A DNA stretch of 63,533 bases, counting the filler, from Licmophora abbreviata (lineage: Eukaryota), in assembly GCA_900291995.1 (NCBI GenBank). It is 8 parts of 8 records of this genome, joined end to end, with 100 filler letters (N's around TTAATTAATTAA, not from the genome) between each part and the next. Parts side by side here need not be neighbours in the genome. Positions count along the whole stretch, not along the records: positions 2,156 to 12,393 come from OLMU01003436.1; positions 12,494 to 16,733 come from OLMU01003437.1; positions 16,834 to 46,688 come from OLMU01003438.1; 5 more parts are not named here. One strand, given 5' to 3'. The notes beneath the pieces were generated by a model. That model saw only the letters and a program-made list of their open reading frames with translations. It was not told the DNA's origin and made no database searches. The position numbers were made by a program, and so were the translations under genes. Positions 11,096-20,411 of this stretch are shown here, one piece after another. Numbering within the stretch: position 1 is the first letter of the stretch; each line of letters begins with the position of its first letter.

Positions 11096-12022
11096 TTACA
11101 CTGCCCCGAGCTGACCATTCTCTTCCATCCATTGTTGGTGCTGTTTCGTCGTTATGTGAGCTCGCCAACTTGCGGCCCCCTTTGGTGTCCCAGGTGAATG
11201 ATACGTCCCGCCGCATCCACATCGAATCTTCCCATCGGCAGTCAAAGACGATCCTTCGTCGGGAAGATACGGTGCCCATGCAACTTCTTTGCGACTTCCA
11301 GGTTTGTGGATGGCACCCGCCGCCGCCTTGATGGGCACAAGTTTTGTTTGAGGCCGGTGATCATACGCAGGCTGCATGTACGCAGACGCATACTGTTCAT
11401 GCGCATGTTGGCGAGGATCTGGAGCCAGAGGAGGAGGCCCTGAGCTTTGGTACTGAAGGGCCGAATGAGGCATCCCCATTTGGTCCTGATAATGGTTTAG
11501 CGTGGGCATTCGACGAACTTGTTGGTACTGTTGGTACTGCGCCCTGTGTTGAAGATTCGCGTTCCGAATAGCCTGAAGGTGTGCTTCGAACTCCTTAGCT
11601 AGATAGAGATAGACATTTTTCTTCCCCTCTTGTTTCACGACCGCAGATCTGGATCTGGCGAGTGCCGCGTCGACTTCAGCGCCGATCCCGTGTTTGTTTT
11701 TGATGCATGGTTTGGAGAGGAGTTCGTACTGGGGCGCGTTGATGTGCGGCATGATTCCTGCCGTTTTCCCGCAGAACTCATGTAGGGTGATGTCCTCGGC
11801 CCAGGTCATGAGCGTGGGAGCAACAGCAGTCGCCGCGAGATCAACTTCGACGGGAAGAAAGCGCACTAGCCGCCTTCGGCCGTCGTCGCCTTTCCCGCAG
11901 ATTCGGCAAACATTGGGGTCCTCGCCACTCTCCGCTGCCGCCGCGGCCTCTGCTGCTGCCTGCGCCATCGATCTCGCATCCTCTTCCGATTCACCACTGA
12001 TGACTTCGCTGGGGACGTCCAT
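11096..12022 (-). CDS. Hypothetical zinc-binding protein (C2HC motif and C-terminal C2H2-like motif)
   Basis: 'CRICG...HEFC', a Q/P-rich middle, and 'CGCGG...HITTKQH'. First in-frame ATG is at 12022. Confidence 0.65.
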   Translation of the reverse strand: MDVPSEVISGESEEDARSMAQAAAEAAAAAESGEDPNVCRICGKGDDGRRRLVRFLPVEVDLAATAVAPTLMTWAEDITLHEFCGKTAGIMPHINAPQYELLSKPCIKNKHGIGAEVDAALARSRSAVVKQEGKKNVYLYLAKEFEAHLQAIRNANLQHRAQYQQYQQVRRMPTLNHYQDQMGMPHSALQYQSSGPPPLAPDPRQHAHEQYASAYMQPAYDHRPQTKLVPIKAAAGAIHKPGSRKEVAWAPYLPDEGSSLTADGKIRCGCGGTYHSPGTPKGAASWRAHITTKQHQQWMEENGQLGAV

Positions 12023-12379
12023 GGCGTCTCTCCACAATTCACAAGGCCTCCCGTTGCGCCATAGCCGGCGGCGCTTGAGCTCACTGTCAAGCTGCCTGAA
12101 ACCTGCAGCTTCCAACTTACCAGGTACGAGTACTCGTAAGTGCAAAACGCTGATGAAGGTCAAAGATCGCGTGCTCTCGTGCGTCGCCGCCCAATCAATC
12201 TTATGGGTGGACAGACTGACTCGACTCTACTCGACTCACTCGACTAGATGCACCCGCGCGGAAACTACTCGTACTGACTGTAACTAACTTACATATGGCA
12301 GAAAGGTGACGATATTTTCGATCACCTATTTCGCCTCCATTGTGTCGACGAGGCCCGCGATTATAGTCCCTCTCCACTA

Positions 12380-12393
12380 TTAGGGTTAGGGTT
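12380..12393 (+). repeat. Telomere-type repeat (TTAGGG)2TT at contig end
   Basis: ttagggttagggtt runs directly into the N gap, with the G-rich strand pointing to the contig end. Confidence 0.6.
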
Positions 12394-12879
12394 NNNNNNN
12401 NNNNNNNNNNNNNNNNNNNNNNNNNNNNNNNNNNNNNTTAATTAATTAANNNNNNNNNNNNNNNNNNNNNNNNNNNNNNNNNNNNNNNNNNNNAGTCACA
12501 CGCCCTGAGCTTGACCTATGGGGCAACGCCATGTAGATCTAGCTGAAAGAAAGTTTGGGGCTCTCTTTTCATGTTGAAGTAGTGGTAGTAACGGCTGAAT
12601 AAAGTAGAGAAAGTAGCAATGCATGACAAAACCTCTAGGAAATGCAGCGTCCCTCGTGTCAAGAGGAAAAGGCTTGATTCAGATATAGAGACAATTTTGT
12701 CCGCGCAATGCCCTTTCTCGCTAATCAGGATATACGGCTTCTCAATAGACCGTACTCTACTACACACTATGGCACCACATGTACCACCACTAACCTGTTT
12801 TTACATCCTTTACTACAATTTCTACTTCGGACCTGGTATCTCCTCGTCAGATTTCGCCTTGATGAGCCAACAAGCCTTC

Positions 12880-13365
12880 CTATCCGCATGTATCGTTCGC
12901 TACAACTCGTCTCACAGACGGAAACTCGGCGGATGTCTGCTCAAGGGCAGCATCAATCATGGCACACGCCCGATAGCGTTCTTCGGGCGTTTCTGTCAAG
13001 AGAGACGCGCTCCCCCCAACGCACGGTCCGTCGTCACACGAGTTGGCGTTGAAAGTCGCAACCAGCGGGAGGGGCAACTTGGCAAAGTCCGATGCAATCT
13101 GTACACCGGCCAGGCGTGTCAAGAGATTCACAAACGACTGACGCGAGAGCTGCTTATCACTGGATGCATAGGTGGCTTCAAGTTCTCGTAAGCATGCATC
13201 CGTGACCGAGATTTCGTCGAGGAGACGTCCAACAGCATTTCTCGGTGTAATGCTACCATCTTGCCTCACAGTAGCAGCACTGGATACGCCGTGAAACGCA
13301 TTTGATCCGGCGAAAAAGGCGACAGTCACACCGAGAAATACTAAGAAACACTTTGATGAGACCAT
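12880..13365 (-). CDS. Small secreted or plastid-targeted hypothetical protein
   Basis: Signal peptide 'MVSSKCFLVFLGVTVAFFAGSNA-F' and several Cys. The 3' end is uncertain. Confidence 0.6.
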   Translation of the reverse strand: MVSSKCFLVFLGVTVAFFAGSNAFHGVSSAATVRQDGSITPRNAVGRLLDEISVTDACLRELEATYASSDKQLSRQSFVNLLTRLAGVQIASDFAKLPLPLVATFNANSCDDGPCVGGSASLLTETPEERYRACAMIDAALEQTSAEFPSVRRVVANDTCG

Positions 13366-13834
13366 TGTTCTCTCTCCAGGAAATCCGCAAACGCCGATCC
13401 AGGTGTGGCATCACGGGTTTGGAGCAAAGAAGTAGTGCCTTTCTACCGGTACATACGGTTCACACTTTGGGTCGTGAGAGGGACATGAGATTTTTGGCGG
13501 GACGACTGAGAACATTTACATATCCTACGGTCGGTCTAAACACATATTGAAATTTTTGGCGCGCCGGTCTGTCCGCTGTCGATCGTGGATAGCGCTCGAG
13601 CGACGGACACACGCGCCGCCCATGATGTTTGAGATCCAAACTACGATACCGGTAGGTAGTTACCACTGGACAGGCACTTGTACAAGCATAGATTCATTTC
13701 CAGAATGCAGACTAGATCGATCCATGCCTTTAGTTCCGCGAGTAGTTCAGGAAGAAGTATTAGCTCACTAGTAGACACTATGATACGACATGCAGAACTG
13801 CGGAGACTAGCTGCTTTCAAGCAACTTTCTCGAT

Positions 13835-14608
13835 CTAGAAAGTCGCACACACTCGCATATCTGCTCCTGCTGCACATAACTCTTTCGTATATTGCTGTAC
13901 CAGCTCTTGCGTTTGCTCTTGCAGACCTTTGTTGATGCCGAGGAACCAAAGGCCCTCGTAGAATGCAAACAGCGGTGCACTCGTCAATGCTCCACCAAAA
14001 CTATCCATCACTGCCGGCTTCGCGCCTTCAAAAACAGAGTGTCCAAGGTGAATTTGGACATACCACGACAAGAACTGGACAATGAGCGCAATTCGCAGTG
14101 CCCGACCCGTCCCTGTCCAAGAGATGGCCTCGTCATGTTTCTTGTGCGCTGCTTTCAGATCGCTTTGGGCGATTCGGACGGCCGATACGTACATCATGTA
14201 GATAATCAAGGCATACAGAGAACCACCGAAAGGATCAATTCTAATGTAAAACAAGGAATACCCGGACGATGCAATCGCGGCCCATGTGACCGCATGCCTC
14301 CCAACAAACGGCAGCGTGAAACCAACATTCCCTAAGCCGGGAGCTGGAAGAAGAGCTCCAAAAAGCAAGAGTGACCATAGAATACCAGGCACCCCAAAGA
14401 AATGAACTAGCTGGTTTGATGGCTCGCGATGATAGACTCCGTAAAACGCCAGAGCATCCGAGATGTCTTGAAATTGAGAAGCGGCGAGCGCGATTAGAAC
14501 CAGCAGCGCCATTGTAAGTGCTTGGGCCAGCAGAAAGCTCGGCGTCACCACGACCTGTGGCCCAAACAAACCCATGCTTTTTTTTATGCTAATCTGATGA
14601 AGAGACAC
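13835..14608 (-). CDS. Mpo1/DUF962-family membrane protein (2-hydroxy fatty acid dioxygenase-like)
   Basis: 'FYGVYHREPSNQLVHFFGVP', 'QIHLGHSVFEGAKPA' and 'APLFAFYE', with multiple TM segments. The start may be a downstream ATG. Confidence 0.85.
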   Translation of the reverse strand: MSLHQISIKKSMGLFGPQVVVTPSFLLAQALTMALLVLIALAASQFQDISDALAFYGVYHREPSNQLVHFFGVPGILWSLLLFGALLPAPGLGNVGFTLPFVGRHAVTWAAIASSGYSLFYIRIDPFGGSLYALIIYMMYVSAVRIAQSDLKAAHKKHDEAISWTGTGRALRIALIVQFLSWYVQIHLGHSVFEGAKPAVMDSFGGALTSAPLFAFYEGLWFLGINKGLQEQTQELVQQYTKELCAAGADMRVCATF

Positions 14609-14819
14609 CGGAATCGACTGGCACAGACGTGTACACTGCCGCTGGCATCAGAGCAATTCTCCATTTTCTTGCTGATGATGGCGCACCAAGAGTCGAGACT
14701 TGTAAATGGTACACTATGACAAGCACGACTGGGAAGTCATCACGACATTCGCAATATTTTGAACGAAGCTTCGTGTTTGCTGAAACATGAACACCGACAG
14801 AACGCTAATAAAGAAAAGT

Positions 14820-17800
14820 CTATCGTTTAGGTGAGGCTGTCCTTTTGGCTGTCCGGCGAACTGGGCTTCTTGCTTTGCTTCGCTTGCTCCTAGCCACAGA
14901 CGGTCGATTGCCACCGTCTTTCGAATCAAGGGGCTTCTCCGTGAGAGGCTTTGCATTGTCGACCTTGGCAGGACTCTTAGCACCATCAGGGGTCTCTGGG
15001 GGGTCAGGCCGAGTATCAGGCGCCCGCATAGGAGACGTTCTGCCGGAACGGCCTTCGTCGTCGATTGCGATTTCAGGGGGATCAGGACGGCTCCTATGCG
15101 TCGAGTCGATTTTTTTGCTGTGGACCGATGCACCAATATCGTTGTGCATCTGGTGCGAAGACGGGTCTAATTGCTCGCTGGGAAAAGACTTAGCTCTTGG
15201 AGAAGCTGCATTGTAGTCTCTCGTGTTGCGGAGTGAGACGCCGAGTCTATCACAATCACTTTGTAGGGAAGCATCCATCATGTCGCCCCTCTTGCTATGC
15301 GTAGAGACCCCCATACGTTGAGTGCTCGGTTTGGGCGTTTCTTCCCGGCCAACAGCACATTTTGAGCATGCTAGATCCTTCCTTGAGACGTGGGAGGATC
15401 CTTGTAGCGCATGCATCGAGTTGTCCATCGTTACATTGTGGGTGGACACGCGTAGAGCCCGTGCGGACCTGCGCTTGACCCCCTTCATGGTTCGCTTTGA
15501 GTCACCAGAGCGCGGCAAGGCCGTCCTCATGGATGCATCAAGCGTCTCATGTTCCTGCCCTGAAGCCATACCCGTGAGAGATTTCATGTCCCGCTTCGAC
15601 GCGTCGAAATTGTCTTTTCCGTCCTGTGAGCAGAGGTCAATGGCTCCTCGCATGCCTCTAGTAGAACAATCCAGCTTACTTGTTTTTCTCTCGAGTAGTG
15701 AGCGCATATCTCGAGTCGAGCCGTCGAAAGTACGAGTACCCGCACGAAGTGAACGCTCCTTCGACCTTTCAAGTTTTGGAGCCCGTGTGCCATCACGGAC
15801 AGGCAACCCCTCCGTCATTTCTGGATTGGCAGTTTTTCTATCGCCAAAAGCCGACCGCTCGGTTGGAAGGTTGCTACGTCTGCCGTCACGAGTAGATGCC
15901 TGCTTTGGCGTCTCGACAACATCATTGGATTTTCCACTTGCAAGGACGGCGGGCTCATTTGTTGCTCCAACAGGTTCGCTGGCGATGGTTTCGACGCGAA
16001 TGGGCTCATCTTTGCTTCTGGTATTACCATGCGACCGTCTGGAGCCGCGAACGGAAGGAGTTTCGGTCATGGCAAGATCAAGCCGTCTGCTGCTACGCAC
16101 GGATGTCTCTTTCATCGTTACGGGATCGCGGCACGTCCGTCTGCTGGTACGAATATATGAACCTTTCACCTGTGTGAGATCTGCTCGACTACTGTCATGA
16201 ACAGAAGATTCCTTCAGCTTCTCAAAGGGATCCATTTGCCTGCTCTCCCTAACAGAAGAATCTTTCGACTTTTCCGGGAGGACACTTCGCTTGCTTTCGC
16301 GAGCAGACGATTCCTTGGACGTTAGACGGACTGAACTTCGCTTTTTCTCGCGATCCGACTTCGAAATGACTGGTCTGGATCTTGATGGCACGCCGCTTTC
16401 CTCTATTGTTCCATCCTGACTGGCATTATTCGAGTCTATGGGGTTGAGATCGGAACTTCCATAAGAAGCAACGAACGCGTTGCAATCAGGCTCTGACCCG
16501 TCTTGCGCCCGCTCATTCGACAAATCGCAATGGGCTGCATCTTTCTTTACACTCCTCCGTCGACGTCTTTTCCTTGACGATCTTTGATTCTTTCGCGAAC
16601 GTTTTTCCTTCTCCGCTGTCCACCTTTTGCGCTTAGAGTTGGAGTTGCTCGATCTCGCTGGCCGAACCGAAACACGTCCTCGTCGGCGCAACTGAAATTG
16701 ACAAATTCCTTCGTTCTTCATATAGTACCACATNNNNNNNNNNNNNNNNNNNNNNNNNNNNNNNNNNNNNNNNNNNNTTAATTAATTAANNNNNNNNNNN
16801 NNNNNNNNNNNNNNNNNNNNNNNNNNNNNNNNNCCATCCGATCGATATGAGAATCATCGCGAAACATCCAAGAATGAACCATATGGTTGGAATCCCAAGC
16901 GTTTTTGGAGTTTGTGTCAGAGTTGGTGGCTGCGGTGGGGTCGGGACAGAAGTTGGAGGAAGAGAAGGCGCAAGTTCGTCAACCCGAGCATCGATCTTTC
17001 CGAGATTGGCAAAGAAGTCTCCTTTGTAGCCTTCAACAATCGATCCTGGTATATCCCGACTATTTATGAGGTCGTCACGCAGATCATCACGATATTGTTT
17101 CACGGCCGAAACGACGTATAGTGGGAACTCATCTGGAGCCGGCGGATCGAAAACAGCAAGTACACTTGCTGAAACATCTAGTGTTCCGCTCTGAAGTGAT
17201 CTCTGAGACTCTCTTAGTCCCCGTGAGAGATTTTCAATGGAGTCCTGAGAGCTTATTTTTGTTCCAAGAATGGAAACAGGTAGTAGACCGAGCAACTCTT
17301 GAGATGTGAACCGCGTCGCCACCTCTTCAAAGTACCGCTGCTGATCGGCGTCCATTTTGGATTGTGAAGGGACGCCCTCCAGAGTGAAGACTACATCTGC
17401 TGCCAACGCCTTTTCTCCTGCATATACGGCGTCGAAGATCCCCAGTGCGAGATTTTCTGTAATCTGCTCGTTTCGTTGGAGCATGATGTACTGTGCATGT
17501 CCCGAAGCAAGACTCCGACGATGCATGAATGTCACAGTGCTAACCATCCTAGCACAATCGGTCCACATCTCATCTGGACAGTCTTCCGAGCTGGGTAAAA
17601 GAGAGAAGGTAGTCCTTATATTTTCCAGGGCAAGCAGATAGTCCCTTGTAAACTGAGAAAGATCTCCATCAAGGAGCGACTGCAGCAGCGTCCGGAGACG
17701 CTCTCCGGCAGTCTCGGCCCAATCGGAGGTCGGGAAGATGCCCGATTTCCCCACGACGAAGACATACTGAACTTGTGATCGAGTCATGGGCTCATCACAG

Positions 17801-18432
17801 CTCGTGGCATGTCGGTAGTGAAAGATTCCATTAAACAATCGCGCGTCAAAGACTCGACTGCTGAAGGGAAAGTCTCCCAAGCCAACGCCGACATGCACAG
17901 AAAGATACCCGTCCGTGGCAAACTCGTCTCCCACCGAAACCCCCTGCCTTGCACGAGTATATCGCAAATCTGAGGTAGCCAGCGTAACATAAAAAGATCG
18001 CATCTCATCGATCCCCATATCGACAGTTGCAAAATCTTCTTCTGCAATTACTGAACCTTTCCCTTCACGTGCTGGGATGATGTCAGTGTCCGCTATCAGC
18101 TCCCAAGCCAAGGGATCTGCTTGAAACCCCTCGAAGCCGCCAACCTTGGTGTAAACCACGACTCTCATACCTTCTGGATCCACTGGTACCACATTTAATT
18201 CCATCGAAAAGACACTCAGAGCGCTTCCGTAAGACTGAACTGTAAACATCGACCCGAAAGCTACTGTGTCAGCCCGGAATGTCGTCGGCAGGCTGGACAT
18301 TTGGATACATTTCTCGCCACCATCCCTGTTCTGCTGACGCTGTCGCTTTCTCCCACCAGTCATTCCTCTACTTTTCTGCGATAGGACGTCACCAGACGCG
18401 CTGGACCGGGCGCTGGATTCATTCCCCGCCAT
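14820..18432 (-). CDS. Cluster paralogue A: single-pass membrane protein (1 beta-domain, 2 SEA-like modules, TM, Ser/Arg-rich tail); spans gap 16734-16833
   Basis: ORF 16786-18552 ends in the TM 'IWFILGCFAMILISIGW', and ORF 14820-16733 continues 'MWYYMKNEG' plus a basic tail. Shares motifs with paralogues B-D. The start codon is uncertain. Confidence 0.8.
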
Positions 18433-18775
18433 GGTTGATTTATTATTATTTTTTCTTTGGTCTCTCAAGCTTTCTTGGCGGGAAAACAAGAAAGTATCAT
18501 TATGACCATTATGTATCATGATACAGACATTCTCATAAATACCAAGGAACAAGAGTCATTATTCTGAAGCGAAGGGACAGACGGGCTGACCGCAAGACAA
18601 CCGGTGCCGTCTTTCGTCTCTACTACTCTACAGCGTAGGGATTTCCTTCACTCACATCAGACCTATCTTCAGATAGGCCCGCTAGAAAGCAAGAACAGGC
18701 AAATGATATTGAAAGCTCTCGTTCGTCGGTACTTCTCTAGCTTCGGGTAGTGCGGAATGCACCAATGCCATCGAT

Positions 18776-19743
18776 CTACAATCCACTGTCAGAGCGGTCT
18801 TTGATCCATCTGTCATTGTCGAGAGAGACAAGGCCTCCGAGATCCGTCGGCAATCTATCTTTCGTCAATCCATACTTTCCCAACTTGCGCAAGACTTTTT
18901 CATCAGAGCCACCATGGAGTTTGATTCGATTCCTAATTCGTTCCCCGACGAAGAACTTGACCAACGGGAAGACCAAGTGAAAGAGCAGCGTTGGATGACA
19001 AACGTGGACCCCAGAAATTCTTACTGGCAGACACCCCTTGAAGCACTCGGACATCCTTCGAAAAAGCTCTGGATCAAACTGACCCATTTTGGCGTTGCGG
19101 GTATAGCCAATGTACAAGACGCCTTTTCTCTGAACACTTTCGTCCTCGAGAATGGCATGAACGAGATACCAGCTAACTCGAACCATGCTCTCCGTCGAGT
19201 AGCGAGAGGTGTCCTGCCTAGATGGATCGGCGAAAACAATTCCGCGTCCTTCGGGATCCTTGGCTGGAACGATGCGAACGTACCCAGCCGTAAGTGCTTC
19301 GTGGTCATGTTGAACCACACCCTTGGCTGTGAGTGGCATGAACGCCCTTTCCGGACCAAACACTTCGATTCTCATATCCCAGTACGCCACGAGTCGAGCT
19401 GCTGCTAGCTGAAGATTCGAGCGTGGCGAGGTTGTAAGTGTGTTAAGAGCGGTGCGGGAAAGCCTGAAATGAGCAGTAGCGCAAGTATGATATTGTACAA
19501 ACAGCGTCACGGACTTACGTTCGCTCTAAAAACTTCACAGCGCAAGAAAAGAAGTTTGTGGTCATCTTTGATAAGCTCAGGACATCGGTTTAGCGCTTGA
19601 ATCCATCCTTTCTTTTCGTCATCACTGAGCAGCTTGAGTTCGTCTTCCAATTCCTTCAATTTCTCGGCAACTAGCTCCGGAGTCTCGGTCGATTCTTCTT
19701 CCTGACCGTACAGGTTCCTCGTTTTGGCAGATTGCTTCTTCAT
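18776..19743 (-). CDS. CRAL-TRIO (Sec14/alpha-TTP-like) lipid-binding protein; intron 19409-19518
   Basis: 'LLFLRCEVFRAN|LAAARLVAYW', 'KDPEGRGI', 'LPVRISGVHVCHP', 'RNRIKLH' and 'LPTDLGG'. GTAAGT...CAG intron. Confidence 0.88.
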
Positions 19744-20411
19744 TTTAGCATCTATCGTCAGCCACAGTAGCAACGTACCAAGATAAGCCAATCGTCTACT
19801 TGTCACCTGTATTGTATGGTCGAGACTCTTCTTTCCGGCTTTGAAGTGGACGGTTCAATGATTACCAATGAATGAACGGGCCACGACGCCACGGCGCAAA
19901 CCAGCGAAGTCCAACACGTAACTGCGCTCAATAATCCCTATCGTACTCATGGACTCATTGACGCATATTGATGTTCTCAATCTACTTGCCATAGACTTTC
20001 TTGCGCTGGATTTGATGTACTGCCCGCCGCGCTCGTTGAAAAGAAATTTGAAAAAGATACTTTTGGATATGTGGTACTCACCGGTTATAATACTTATGGC
20101 TATGCTCCCCAGCTTGTTTCATCGATAAGACACTCTACTGGTTTGTATCATAACATACGATAAAATATATTGTTTGGAGTTGGGGTCCGGTGGTATCCGC
20201 CGCGGACCACAAGTTCAAAGTTTTGGCCACTGTGGCACTCTATCATACCTGTAGAAGCTGGAATTCGAAATAGGGAAAGCATAGTCTACTGGTACCGTCG
20301 TTACTGCCATCACCACGAACTAGAGACCTCTACTCTAGCTAGAGACTCCAGTTAGATAATCCACCGGGTACCGCATCTACAAGGTTATTCCGGACTGATT
20401 CCTATCAATGC

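Noticed and set aside
15322..16200. Long antisense ORFs (also 33661-34512, 39958-40656, 11694-12287)
   Set aside because: They are shadows of real genes on the opposite strand and have no recognisable motifs.
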